This document shows positions 18,022 to 27,402 of a DNA stretch of 64,000 bases, piece after piece. The stretch spans positions 1 through 64,000 of IMG/VR virus record IMGVR_UViG_3300042731_006881; one strand, given 5' to 3'. A program made the translations under genes and the position numbers. The notes under the pieces were generated by a model. The model saw only the letters and a program-made list of their open reading frames with translations. It was not told the DNA's origin and did no database searches. The DNA is from a virus. Position 1 is the first letter of the stretch. Each line of letters opens with the position of its first letter.

Positions 18022-19500
18022 CTATGGCCTTGGAAAAGCTGCGAGATCGTCGAGGACCAGCAGGTTTGGCGTGTCCGACACGGTTGCTGAGACCCCCCCT
18101 CCCTCGAGTAGGTCGAGCGACGAGACGACCCCCAATGACTCAAGCGTGAGCTCGAGCTGCTTGGTGATGCTATTTGGATACTTCTTCGGAGACTCTGGGT
18201 ATCGACGACCACGCTGGCCATCGAGGTACCCAGATGGCTGAATCTCTCCTGGGCCAACGGCGTCGAACGCAGCTATCACCGGCGCAACGAATTGCGACAG
18301 TCCATCTGACCACGGCATGACTCTCTGTCCTGTCTGTGGTGCATACGTGGTGTCAGATGAACCGTAGCTAGACTCGCAGGTGACATCCCAAGGTCCAGTT
18401 CCGCTGACGGTGAGTACTGTCTTTCTTCGAAAAGCGCGCCCGCCAGCATCGTAGACTCCGATCACTGTCCCAGTGACTGGTGCTCCGCAGGTGGTGTAGT
18501 CGCCGTTCGATGCCACCAACTGGAATGCAGTAGAGCTTGTGACCGTGCCGACCCGAATGGCCCCGCTCCCTGAAACTGGCGCTTCCACGTGATACTGCGG
18601 CCACGTCGCCTCGTTCGACCACTGCTCATCGGCGGTTTCCCAATCGACTCCAATCACGATGTCGATGGGCTCCTCGACGATGGTGAGGTCGACAGCAATG
18701 TCCGACTTGCTGGCCTTCGAGTAGACGTGGTTGCGGACAGCAGAAACCTGTGCTGCAGTCGGGATCCGAGATCCGTATTTGTTTGGGGCGACGGTGAAGC
18801 ACCATGCGGTAACCGCTGGTCCGTCGGCGCAGGCGTAGATGAATGCCTCCTGGATCTGGACTCCTGGCGTACTTTTGATCCAATCCTGCCAGTGCGGGTT
18901 GTTTCCTGCCGCAGGAGGATTGTCTTTTGCAGCACGAATCTTAGCGATGATCTGCTCACGGCCATCGGCGTCAGCCCCACCATTCAGTCCGCTCCCATCG
19001 GTCTGCTCAGTGACCGTGCATAGCGTAGCGCACCCTGCGCGAGGGGCCTTCCACTGAAGCTTGGTACCTGCATCAAGGTTGGTGGCTGGGCCCGTCGAAC
19101 GCGCAGCAACCGGAACCGATTGCTCGTTCAAGTAGTGAGCGGTTGTTGTGCAGTAGTAGACGAGCTGGGAAGCGATGAGCTCATCTCCAGCGAAGATTGT
19201 GGTGCCCGTAGACGCTGCGGTGATCGTGACGTACCCGGAACTGCCTGTCGCTCCAGACAGTGGGATACTTGCGTCAGAAGCTATCTGACGGAGCTCACCT
19301 TCGTCTTTTCCGTCCAGCGGAATGCCTCGCCCAGCACGTGAGCAGTTTGCGTAGATGGGGACGAGAGCATCAGCCACGAGTACCGCGTCCCGACGAACCG
19401 GTGTCCCCGGACCAGTGAGCGTCGCATTCGACCTATTGCGGTAGTTCCGCTCATAGTCAGCGATGATTTGGTCGCGCGTCTTGACCGTGATTTCAGCCAC
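18022..19500 (-). CDS. baseplate J-like protein (Mu gp47-like)
   Basis: A..SSGYVTIT..GTTIFAG, V.V.A.STG.ATNL.AGT.L, GGADAD..R, PP.AGN..W. Confidence 0.85.
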   Translation of the reverse strand: MAEITVKTRDQIIADYERNYRNRSNATLTGPGTPVRRDAVLVADALVPIYANCSRAGRGIPLDGKDEGELRQIASDASIPLSGATGSSGYVTITAASTGTTIFAGDELIASQLVYYCTTTAHYLNEQSVPVAARSTGPATNLDAGTKLQWKAPRAGCATLCTVTEQTDGSGLNGGADADGREQIIAKIRAAKDNPPAAGNNPHWQDWIKSTPGVQIQEAFIYACADGPAVTAWCFTVAPNKYGSRIPTAAQVSAVRNHVYSKASKSDIAVDLTIVEEPIDIVIGVDWETADEQWSNEATWPQYHVEAPVSGSGAIRVGTVTSSTAFQLVASNGDYTTCGAPVTGTVIGVYDAGGRAFRRKTVLTVSGTGPWDVTCESSYGSSDTTYAPQTGQRVMPWSDGLSQFVAPVIAAFDAVGPGEIQPSGYLDGQRGRRYPESPKKYPNSITKQLELTLESLGVVSSLDLLEGGGVSATVSDTPNLLVLDDLAAFPRP

Positions 19501-19864
19501 TCGTCACCCGATTCGATTTGGATGTGACCAGGTTTTTGTACGACGTTTGAACGCTCAGTCGCCCGAACTCGTTTACCTCGTCTTCAACGCTCTCGATGCT
19601 CACTAGGCCCTTGTCGATGAGGTGTTTGATCGATGCAGCTTGCCGTTCTGCGACATCCCTGTGGCGCACCTCGTCGCTTTCACCCATGTTCACCTCCTGT
19701 AGCGTGTGACCGGTGGTTGGGTCTCCCTTGATCGACCCCTTCGGCCACCCCAAGCAGAGCGTGACGCAGGCGTCGACCTCGTGCTCCTCGACGAGAGCTC
19801 CGTCTTCTCCCTGCTCGAACTCCATCGTGGACAGCAGGAACCGCTCTGCAGCTGGATAGGTCAT
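19493..19864 (-). CDS. baseplate protein (Mu gp46/GPW-gp25-like)
   Basis: Start re-called at MTYPA (ATGA overlap); GSIKGDPTTG..IKHLIDKGLV; position before J. Confidence 0.65.
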   Translation of the reverse strand: MTYPAAERFLLSTMEFEQGEDGALVEEHEVDACVTLCLGWPKGSIKGDPTTGHTLQEVNMGESDEVRHRDVAERQAASIKHLIDKGLVSIESVEDEVNEFGRLSVQTSYKNLVTSKSNRVTSG

Positions 19865-20211
19865 CGGTCTAGCGGGCAGGTGAAGCCAGGAATTGTAGGT
19901 GGTGCAGGGAACTCTGGGAGAGGCAGCGATGGAGGAGCGAACCCAATCGGAGGCATAGGCGATATCCCTGGTAGCGAACCCCGTGCAGAAGGACTCGGAA
20001 TCGCTGGTGGTGACGGCACTGATGCAGATGGGAGCGATGGAGACGGGAAAGCGATCGGCGGTGGTGAAGGAACCCCAGGTAGCGATCCACTGCGCAACGA
20101 AGGAACCGGTGGTGTTGGCACCGTTGGTAGTGCCGGCGCTGGCAACGCTGGCGGTACAGCGAACCCGAACAGCAGCACTGGGAATGCGCACTTGCTCGCC
20201 ATAGCTGCCAC
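19861..20211 (-). CDS. proline-rich small protein
   Basis: Fills the gap between spike and gp46-like gene with tight coupling; starts MASKCAFP, ends FTCPLDR. Confidence 0.55.
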   Translation of the reverse strand: MAAMASKCAFPVLLFGFAVPPALPAPALPTVPTPPVPSLRSGSLPGVPSPPPIAFPSPSLPSASVPSPPAIPSPSARGSLPGISPMPPIGFAPPSLPLPEFPAPPTIPGFTCPLDR

Positions 20212-20212
20212 T

Positions 20213-20989
20213 CTACAGAGTCTTCAGCATGGTGGACTTTCCTGCCGTCACTGCTGCTAGCAGGGCTGCCGTTGCGGATTTTAGTGCTATCAACACCGCA
20301 GTACCCCCATCCAGGAAAACAGGTTGCGCTGCCTGCACGGCGGCGTTGTATGCGGTCAGCGCCGCGACCAGCGGCGGATGAAGTGGCACCTCGACACCAC
20401 CAGCACCACCTACATCGAGCCCACTCGTTGCCTTCAATGGGCCGCTCAGTGACACCTTGCCATCTGCCAGGCTGATGAATGCTGTACCTGTTGCGTCAGC
20501 GACGGTGACTGCCCCATCATACATGACGATCGTCATGCCCTCTGAGTGGATGAGCTGGAGCACTGGTTTGCCGTTTCCGTCTACCCCAGCTTCGATCTTG
20601 TGAGCAGCGGTTGCGTTCCCTGCTTCGTCCCACTCGACGGGGATGTAGTCGATCACTCCACCCGTCTCGCCGTCAATTTCTCTCCAGGTGAGGGCGCGAC
20701 CGACTGCGCCACCATACTGCGCACTTCCGCCCTGTGTGAGTCGTGGAAGCCATGCGTTGGAGCGAGGGTCGTGAGCCAGCCAACAGAAGTCTTCGTGCCC
20801 GTCAGACCCCTTCAGCGCATAGCACCCGACCCCATCCTCTCCAGGGTCGCATGGGCGAGCTATGAACCCGTATTGGTGCTCGTGCGGCATCTGCGCCGAT
20901 GACCCGTCTCCCTGCGGGTCCGTCTGGATACCGAGGAACCCTCCCTCACCCCACTCGGATAGGGTGACTGTCTCGAGCCAAAACCTCAT
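20213..20989 (-). CDS. baseplate spike (Mu gp45/gpV-like)
   Basis: HQYGFIARP..HDPR..L..G.SAQY motif. Confidence 0.75.
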   Translation of the reverse strand: MRFWLETVTLSEWGEGGFLGIQTDPQGDGSSAQMPHEHQYGFIARPCDPGEDGVGCYALKGSDGHEDFCWLAHDPRSNAWLPRLTQGGSAQYGGAVGRALTWREIDGETGGVIDYIPVEWDEAGNATAAHKIEAGVDGNGKPVLQLIHSEGMTIVMYDGAVTVADATGTAFISLADGKVSLSGPLKATSGLDVGGAGGVEVPLHPPLVAALTAYNAAVQAAQPVFLDGGTAVLIALKSATAALLAAVTAGKSTMLKTL

Positions 20990-22344
20990 GACGCCACCTC
21001 CCCAAACACCAAATCCTCAGGCCAATACAGGGTCAGTCGAGACGTGGTACCACCATTATCGTCCATCAGGAATTCGACGTCTCCAAGGTAGAAGTCCCCG
21101 TCAATTCCAAGCTTATCATCGTGCACATTCACGACGGTGTTCACCCACAGAGGGTACCTGTACCCAGGGTCAAGCAGAGATGGGAGCGAGTGTCCAGAAA
21201 CTGTATATTGTAGCGTTCTTGCAGAACGTCTCGCATCCGCCGCATGCCGACGTGCCAGAAAGTCTGCAGCATCCTTCGTCTTTACCGTTTGATCTTCGTA
21301 GACGATTTGCTTGGTGATACCTAGCGCGTCCAACTCTTCGTCTACGTAGACCCCAATGATTCTCTGCCGCCCTTCCTTGCCGCCTCCTCTCCTGCCGTAG
21401 ACAAGCGTGTGCGAGTATCGCTGCACACAATCGTCGCGGAGTCCTCCAGACAGAATGTTGTTCTCTTCAGGAGACCCGTTCAGCTTTCGCTGCAAGCGAA
21501 ACGCTGGCTCCTGTTCCGCGTTCGGTTGACCAAGCAGGAAATGACCAGATGGCATGCACCAAAGAAAGAGCCCTACCTTCTTGTACTGCTCTTTCAGCCA
21601 TGCGTATCGCTGCTGTCCTACGCGAGCTCTCAGCACATTGAGCTGCTGCGACGGCTGCCCACCGGTTACGGTTTCTACCTGCACAGCCTGCGCGTCTGGG
21701 GTCGATACGGGGGAGCTAGGGACGCTGATCTTGGTCAACTGCATCGACGCGCCAACCTCCGCCGGCGTCCATTTGTAGGCATAGTCGAGATGCTCAACCG
21801 TTGTTACGCCCATCCGGACCTTCGTTGGTGATCTGCGTTTTCCGCCTCCCGAGTTCGTGACAGCCTTCTTTCTCCCTGTCTCTCCAGTGTAAAGCCACGG
21901 CGACGAGTCCGTGTGCTCGTACCCAACCGCCTTCAACTGCTTTACGGTCAGATCGAAGAACGTGGCCTCGGTAACAGAGTCGTCCTGGACGAAGTACGAG
22001 TCGAACAGGGCTGCCATGTTGTCTCGACCGCGCATCTCGATAACTGTCTCGCTGGTCTCCGGAATGTCCACTGCATCCAGCGTACCGACCTGCAGAGGCA
22101 CGTCGAGCGCGAACCGCTCAGCGCTCATGTCCCATCGCTTTATGCGTAGCTCGAACGGGTCTCCCTTCTTGTGCTTCGAACGAATCTCGGCGGCCGTCGT
22201 GTTGTCTCCCAACCGAAGACTGAACGCTGACGGCTGCTGGAACACCGACAGTTTGATCGAGTACTGCTTGCACCGCCTCGTGATGTCGGAACCTGTCAGG
22301 TGAATGACAACCTCGTCATCCAGCCATCCGCGATCTACAGTCAT
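20986..22344 (-). CDS. baseplate hub (Mu gp44/gpP-like)
   Basis: YSI..S....SAFSL, GRD.MA.L.D, RYS...VYG, W.NT.V.V.D..LGIDG. Confidence 0.85.
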   Translation of the reverse strand: MTVDRGWLDDEVVIHLTGSDITRRCKQYSIKLSVFQQPSAFSLRLGDNTTAAEIRSKHKKGDPFELRIKRWDMSAERFALDVPLQVGTLDAVDIPETSETVIEMRGRDNMAALFDSYFVQDDSVTEATFFDLTVKQLKAVGYEHTDSSPWLYTGETGRKKAVTNSGGGKRRSPTKVRMGVTTVEHLDYAYKWTPAEVGASMQLTKISVPSSPVSTPDAQAVQVETVTGGQPSQQLNVLRARVGQQRYAWLKEQYKKVGLFLWCMPSGHFLLGQPNAEQEPAFRLQRKLNGSPEENNILSGGLRDDCVQRYSHTLVYGRRGGGKEGRQRIIGVYVDEELDALGITKQIVYEDQTVKTKDAADFLARRHAADARRSARTLQYTVSGHSLPSLLDPGYRYPLWVNTVVNVHDDKLGIDGDFYLGDVEFLMDDNGGTTSRLTLYWPEDLVFGEVAS

Positions 22345-23246
22345 GCAGCCTCAGCGGTGAAGTATCTGATGCTTGTTCCAGCTTCTACCGCGTATGGATC
22401 GGTGATAGCGTTCAGCTTCATCACGTCGATTGCGTGCGCAGTGTCATTGAAGATGGCAAGCGAGATCTCCGATGCACTCATGATCCTTGGGGTTGTGTAC
22501 GTGGAGAACTGGTTCAGAACCCCCACCTCTTCTCCAAGATCCTTTACGGCTCCCCACAGGTTTCGAAGCGCTTCTAGAAGCTCCCACGACTCCGGGTTCT
22601 TCAGGTCATCCAGGCTGCTGTCAATCTCCTCGAACAGGTATTGTAGTCCCTCGATCTTCGCCGCCAGGAACCCAGCCCACATCTGCGTTTGGTCCCTGTA
22701 TGCTAGCAGGTTGTTTACCGCTTCATGCAGCTGCTCAAGCAGGTTCGGTTTTGGCGTTGGGCTCAGCGCAACGACGTCTCCAAGGTACTGAGTGATGGCA
22801 GCAGGAGGGGCAACCTTTAGCGTATTCTCCACGAGCGACGCTGAATCGTTGTCCTCCAGCATCGTGACGGATGAAGCCTCACCACTCAGTAACTTGACAT
22901 CCAAGTCTCTCTCCCACTCGGTCGCTACAGCGCGGATCTCTCCGATGTTTGGTAGGTACACAGGCGTCGTAACCTGACCCTCGAAGACATCATGCATCAA
23001 CACCTTCAGGTTTGTGATCAGGTTTCTTCCTTGGTAGTAGCCTGACCTTGCTATCTCCTCGTCAATCGCTAGGTCGATACGAATCGTGTACAGCTTCCTC
23101 CCGAGTTTCTCCACCAGACCCCCTGGAACCTTCGGGTACTCGTGAACGTGATGACGGATGCCACCTCGCACACTGATGCGTCTGTACGGGAGCGTAACGC
23201 GGTTGATTGCAAGCCGCTTCAGTGTTCTTAGGTATGAGTCCGTCAT
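22341..23246 (-). CDS. tail tube initiator / DNA circularisation protein (Mu gp43-like)
   Basis: HVHEYPKVPGGLVEKLGRK motif; LysM-like C-terminus (IS..IF.D....DVMKLNAI.DP). Confidence 0.8.
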   Translation of the reverse strand: MTDSYLRTLKRLAINRVTLPYRRISVRGGIRHHVHEYPKVPGGLVEKLGRKLYTIRIDLAIDEEIARSGYYQGRNLITNLKVLMHDVFEGQVTTPVYLPNIGEIRAVATEWERDLDVKLLSGEASSVTMLEDNDSASLVENTLKVAPPAAITQYLGDVVALSPTPKPNLLEQLHEAVNNLLAYRDQTQMWAGFLAAKIEGLQYLFEEIDSSLDDLKNPESWELLEALRNLWGAVKDLGEEVGVLNQFSTYTTPRIMSASEISLAIFNDTAHAIDVMKLNAITDPYAVEAGTSIRYFTAEAA

Positions 23247-25570
23247 GGCTCACGACCGGAAGGGTCCACGGTTGGAGAATCGCCTCGACCTGCAGAGATC
23301 TCACTCGCGTTCGTTACCGTAACGTTCAAGTTCCCGGACCTGAGTGTCGCCTCCATCTTCTGTAGCTCAGCACGCAACTCGTCTAGCTTGCTAGCATCTG
23401 CTGTCCGTTCTGCTAGTTGCGCGTCAGACAGTCCGCCAGACATCCCAAACCATCCCTTGATTGCCTTCCAGTCTCCAGCAAACGTCCCCTTCTCCTCGGC
23501 GCTTGCGATACGCTCTCTGTACTGGATCGTTGCTTCCCGTAGATCCCTAACCGCTTCTGGCGTTGTTTCTCTCTGCTCGCGCATCTGTCTCGCCACTCTT
23601 TGTCTGGCGATGTCTGCGTTGACGCTACTGATGACCGAACGAGATCTACCCTCGCCCATATCCTTTGTAGCTCTGTCAATTATTAGTCGTCCGGTTGCGT
23701 ACAGCGTTACAGCTGCTGCGGTGATCACCAACCCAGCAGAAAGAGTTCCTAACGCTCCAGCGCCAGGAGCCGCTCCTCCGGAAGCAGTAGCTCCGACACC
23801 AAACGACTTCTTGATTGCTGCATCGATAACCGAGCGAAACGATGACTCAGCAAAAGCCCTTGCCGTGGAAACTCCGATTGCAGCAACAATAGCCTGACCT
23901 GGATTTGATGCTGCCAACTCGACGATGCTCCCCAACGCATCAGCAGCACGCAGAGCAGACGGTGCGAGTTTCTCTGCAGCTGGAATCAGCTTGTCCGCCA
24001 TCGAAGCCACAACTCTTTCGAGCTGCTGGTTGAACCGCATCGCCTTTGCCTCGGTACCACCAAGAACGCTTTCTAGATCTTCTCCGATCTGCTCTTTGCT
24101 GACCTCACCAGCGGTATCGCGGAACGTAGATCGAAGAGCAGCGACCCCTCTCTTCCCGCCGCCAGCTTCGGTGAAGATCTCGAGGAACCTCGTAATTCCA
24201 AGGTTCGCGCGGATGTTTGGCATGATTGCCTGGAGCTGTTGGAGCTGGTTCATCTCCACAGTTCCCTTGCCTCGAACCTTTACGCTTCTCTTCTCCTCAG
24301 TGGCAGAGAGAAGGTCGACAATGATGTCCTCGAACGACCTAAGCTTGTTCTTCTCGGTGCTGGAGAAGACATCGACTCCAGCGATGTCCTTGAAGTTGGT
24401 AGCCTTCGACTTCAACGCCAGTGCAGCGTTCATTGTGAACGTAGCTGCCGTTGCTGGGTTCTTCGCAGCACCTCCCTCCGCCAACTGCGCGGTGCCCATC
24501 AGAGCGACTAGGTTGCGACCGACGTCTCCTTCGAACTGGCTGGCGATACCGGATAGCTTGGGAAGCTCTTTCGCCATTTCAGAGACAGGAATCGAGTACT
24601 TCTTCGCCTCGTACACGGCTGTACGCATCAGCGATCCGATCGCTTCGCGCTTCTTCAGCTCGTCGCCAGCGTACTCTGCTTGACCCTCGAACATGGCTTC
24701 GGCCTTTCCTGCCATGTACATGATGTCTCGATAGCTAACCCCTTGAGAGCGCGCTAGCATCGCCATCTCTCTGGAGATGTCTCTGGCTCCGGCAAGGTTC
24801 CCTCGCAGGTCTACGAATGCGTTCTGCCCTTCGAGGATGGCGTCTGTGGTCATCGCCATGTCCTCCCCAAGCGACCTTGCCTCTTCTCTCAGCACCGAGG
24901 GGTCTTTTTGTTTTCCAGCTTCTCCTACCGCACCCTTTATGTACCCTTTTACAGACAGGGCTCGTGCAGCCTTGTCCGACTCAACTACGCGGCTCATGAG
25001 GCCGCTCAGATTCGTCTCTACTCCAGCCCCACGCAGGAAGTCGTTTGCCCCCCGCCGCGCCACCGATGCGAGAGGCATATTCGGCATCATGAATCGGGTG
25101 GCTCGATGGGATGTTCGAGTCGCCAAACGGTCGATTTCTCTCCTCGACTCACGCTCGGCCTTAGCTTTGTTTCTCGCTTCTTGCTTTGCTCGCCTCTCTC
25201 GCTCTCGACTCGCCTTCCGTTCCTCTCGAGCCACCTCAGACAGCAACCGCTTGTGCTCTCGAGCCCGCTCGCGGGCGATTCTACGAATCTCCGCTAGCTG
25301 CGTCTGCGACGAGTCCTTGGCGGATTTCTCCTCAGCCTTTGCAGCCTTCTTGGCTTCCTGCTCACGAACCCGGGCAGCCTTCTTTGCTGCTCGCTCCTGC
25401 GCGTCTCCCGCCATCCTCGCGGCGCTGACTGCAGTAGAGTTGGATGAGGTAGCACTGCTTCGCTCAGCTGCCTTTGCAGCCCGAGCAGCCCGTCTCTCAT
25501 ACGCTGTGAATGTCTGCTCGACGGACGCATCGAGCCCAGCGCCGAGCATAATGCGAACTGGGGCAGCCAT
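23243..25570 (-). CDS. tail tape measure protein
   Basis: 775 aa, A/E/R-rich helical; canonical position. Confidence 0.85.
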   Translation of the reverse strand: MAAPVRIMLGAGLDASVEQTFTAYERRAARAAKAAERSSATSSNSTAVSAARMAGDAQERAAKKAARVREQEAKKAAKAEEKSAKDSSQTQLAEIRRIARERAREHKRLLSEVAREERKASRERERRAKQEARNKAKAERESRREIDRLATRTSHRATRFMMPNMPLASVARRGANDFLRGAGVETNLSGLMSRVVESDKAARALSVKGYIKGAVGEAGKQKDPSVLREEARSLGEDMAMTTDAILEGQNAFVDLRGNLAGARDISREMAMLARSQGVSYRDIMYMAGKAEAMFEGQAEYAGDELKKREAIGSLMRTAVYEAKKYSIPVSEMAKELPKLSGIASQFEGDVGRNLVALMGTAQLAEGGAAKNPATAATFTMNAALALKSKATNFKDIAGVDVFSSTEKNKLRSFEDIIVDLLSATEEKRSVKVRGKGTVEMNQLQQLQAIMPNIRANLGITRFLEIFTEAGGGKRGVAALRSTFRDTAGEVSKEQIGEDLESVLGGTEAKAMRFNQQLERVVASMADKLIPAAEKLAPSALRAADALGSIVELAASNPGQAIVAAIGVSTARAFAESSFRSVIDAAIKKSFGVGATASGGAAPGAGALGTLSAGLVITAAAVTLYATGRLIIDRATKDMGEGRSRSVISSVNADIARQRVARQMREQRETTPEAVRDLREATIQYRERIASAEEKGTFAGDWKAIKGWFGMSGGLSDAQLAERTADASKLDELRAELQKMEATLRSGNLNVTVTNASEISAGRGDSPTVDPSGREP

Positions 25571-25573
25571 GGG

Positions 25574-26101
25574 TCACTCGGTTGCGACTTCGTAAGCACG
25601 GTAGATGAGCCTACGAACCTTCGCAGCCTTCTCCGGCTCGAGCTCGTCGAGCTCATCGAGCTCTTCCAGCAACTCGTCGATCTCTTCGTTCGTCACCACC
25701 GGAGTGGCAGGAGACAGAGCCGTGAGTTTGGACGAGTACTCGTTGAACAGTCTGTGAATTGCAGGAACAATCAGCGCCTCGGTGATTGTCTGCTGGGGGA
25801 ATGGAAGCTCCTTAGGCCACTGAGTCGTGTTATTCGCGTCACAAATCGCGTTTCCGATCACTGCAGCAGCAAACGCTGCATTGTACTCGTCAATCCAGAG
25901 CTGTTCGTCGCTCGAGTTGCTACAGCGATCCTGCATGATCCGTGACGCATCAACCCTTGCTACGCTCTCGTCGTTCGGTGACAGCGCCTTCAGGCCAATC
26001 ACCACCGGCGACTTCGGTCTCTTCTCCCACGTGTCGCTGAACTCCTCAGGGGACACCGTGACAGACATTGCTGGAGCTCTACGTACCTGCGACGCCTTCA
26101 T
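25574..26101 (-). CDS. tail assembly chaperone 2 (paralog of 26079..26726)
   Basis: Between tube and tape measure; starts MKASQVRR. Confidence 0.65.
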   Translation of the reverse strand: MKASQVRRAPAMSVTVSPEEFSDTWEKRPKSPVVIGLKALSPNDESVARVDASRIMQDRCSNSSDEQLWIDEYNAAFAAAVIGNAICDANNTTQWPKELPFPQQTITEALIVPAIHRLFNEYSSKLTALSPATPVVTNEEIDELLEELDELDELEPEKAAKVRRLIYRAYEVATE

Positions 26102-26726
26102 TTGTCGTTGTCTCGTTGTTCGTGGCGGTCGTAGAACTCGCTACGGCATCGGATCCACCAGAGAATCTGTCCTGCAGTAAGGTCAACAGCAGCCTGACCG
26201 TAGTAATGGTAAAGCTCGCTGCTATACCTGGCCGCAAAGAGAAGTATCTCTCCAGAGCTAAAGGGCCTGCCATCTCCTCCAGGAGCTGCTTGAACTCGTC
26301 AGTGTCGGCGTTTCCGACCCTGTGCGTTACCTTCTGCAGTTCGTCCTGGTAGGCGACATGACGGCGAGCGAGCGCCAACACCCCGTCCGCCATGAGTTCT
26401 CCCATCTCTTCGATCTGCTGCAGACCTCCATCGAAAAATGGCTCAGGTCGCTTCGGGTCGCTGTCTGCGTCGACAACCCCGATCAAGCAGCGGAAGAGAG
26501 ACTTTGCGAACTCGTAGACCTCGTCTCCTTCTTGAGGCTCATGCTCAGGATTCCCAGCCTCAGCAGCCTTCTTCTTTGCGTAGGCGCGCGCTCTTGCAAA
26601 GACTTCTGACTCTTGTCCTGGACGAAGGGGGGCAAGGCCTACCTCGACCCTGCCCCCATCACCAACAAGCTCCAGTTCGACCCTCTTGAACTGGGCGTCC
26701 CCTCTGCGCACATCGCTCGCCTTCAT
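26079..26726 (-). CDS. tail assembly chaperone 1
   Basis: GAGG RBS; starts MKASDVRR; position. Confidence 0.65.
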   Translation of the reverse strand: MKASDVRRGDAQFKRVELELVGDGGRVEVGLAPLRPGQESEVFARARAYAKKKAAEAGNPEHEPQEGDEVYEFAKSLFRCLIGVVDADSDPKRPEPFFDGGLQQIEEMGELMADGVLALARRHVAYQDELQKVTHRVGNADTDEFKQLLEEMAGPLALERYFSLRPGIAASFTITTVRLLLTLLQDRFSGGSDAVASSTTATNNETTTNEGVAGT

Positions 26727-26737
26727 TGTCTACCTCA

Positions 26738-26765
26738 TTGAAAAGTCGCGCATGGGCGCTATAAT
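26738..26765 (+). promoter_or_regulatory. sigma70-like promoter antisense to the tail operon
   Basis: TTGAAA-N16-TATAAT; predicted +1 at about 26771-26772, the 5' end of the tRNA-like element. Confidence 0.75.
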
Positions 26766-26770
26766 GGGAC

Positions 26771-26850
26771 GGCTCTACACATGGAAAACCGCTAGGGGCA
26801 TCGCGGAGTACTCCCGTTCCTACGGCCCGGTTCGATTCCGGGGTAGAGCC
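26771..26850 (+). ncRNA. anticodon-less tRNA-like RNA 1
   Basis: GGCTCTAC/GTAGAGCC stem; ACA-TGG-AAAA; long irregular stem CCG-C-TAGGGGC/GTTCCTA-CGG; T-arm CCCGG-TTCGATT-CCGGG; intergenic. Confidence 0.7.
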
Positions 26851-26880
26851 CTAGATCAACCAGTGCGATCAAAGCGGTAA

Positions 26881-27012
26881 TCACCACAACATGTCTAGTA
26901 CCGTGACGACAATAACGGTGACGATTACGATGACGCCAAACCAGCCAACGTAATCATCACCGTCACCAACATCTACTCCACCACCAGTGTCACACGGGCC
27001 ACGCTGGTCCAC
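26881..27012 (-). CDS. small membrane peptide (43 aa)
   Basis: GTG 4 nt after tube stop; acidic N-terminus then WFGVIVIVTVIVVTVL. Confidence 0.4.
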   Translation of the reverse strand: MDQRGPCDTGGGVDVGDGDDYVGWFGVIVIVTVIVVTVLDMLW

Positions 27013-27016
27013 CGCG

Positions 27017-27385
27017 CTATCCGACATCCTCAAATTCTGGGCCCTCGAACTCCCAGTTACCGTCGCTCTTCCCGGATGAATTATCCCAGTCTCCTCCGTA
27101 CTTGGTGCACACCATCTCAGACTGCTTGAGAACTCCACACCACGGCCCCAGCGTGATCTTCACGGTATCACCGGCCTTGATTGACGAGACCGGGATGCGT
27201 GACACTGGAGCCAAAGAAGTGATGCTCAGGGTTCCTGTGTTTACCCCTTTGCTTCGTCCTGCGAACCCGTTCTCGATGATCTGGTTTTCTCCGCCATCGG
27301 TGACCGTGAAGTTCCCAGTCTTTGTCTCCCCGAGACGCCTGCCGTCCTTGTATACGGTTATCCCTCGCACTGTGTATCTAGGCAT
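27017..27385 (-). CDS. tail tube protein
   Basis: 122-aa beta-rich protein right after sheath, ending WEFEGP. Confidence 0.75.
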   Translation of the reverse strand: MPRYTVRGITVYKDGRRLGETKTGNFTVTDGGENQIIENGFAGRSKGVNTGTLSITSLAPVSRIPVSSIKAGDTVKITLGPWCGVLKQSEMVCTKYGGDWDNSSGKSDGNWEFEGPEFEDVG

Positions 27386-27402
27386 TTTATAGCCCTTTCA
27401 GC

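Noticed and set aside
23388-25595. Long + strand ORFs opposite the tape measure gene (and similar ORFs at 9288, 42477, 46287)
   Set aside because: Antisense shadows of real genes in GC-rich DNA; no RBS or protein motifs.
26079-26101. Programmed frameshift between the tail chaperones
   Set aside because: No XXXYYYZ slippery heptamer seen in the overlap, and the second gene has its own homologous N-terminus.
26771-26850. Canonical tRNA, tRNA-Sec or tmRNA gene
   Set aside because: No 5-bp stem/7-nt loop anticodon arm, no UCA anticodon, no tag reading frame, no G3-U70 pair and no CCA. Kept as tRNA-like only.
26891-26953. Thr-rich 20-aa + strand peptide MSSTVTTITVTITMTPNQPT as an attenuator leader
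   Set aside because: No RBS and no downstream operon; explained as the reverse complement of the Val/Ile-rich minus-strand ORF.
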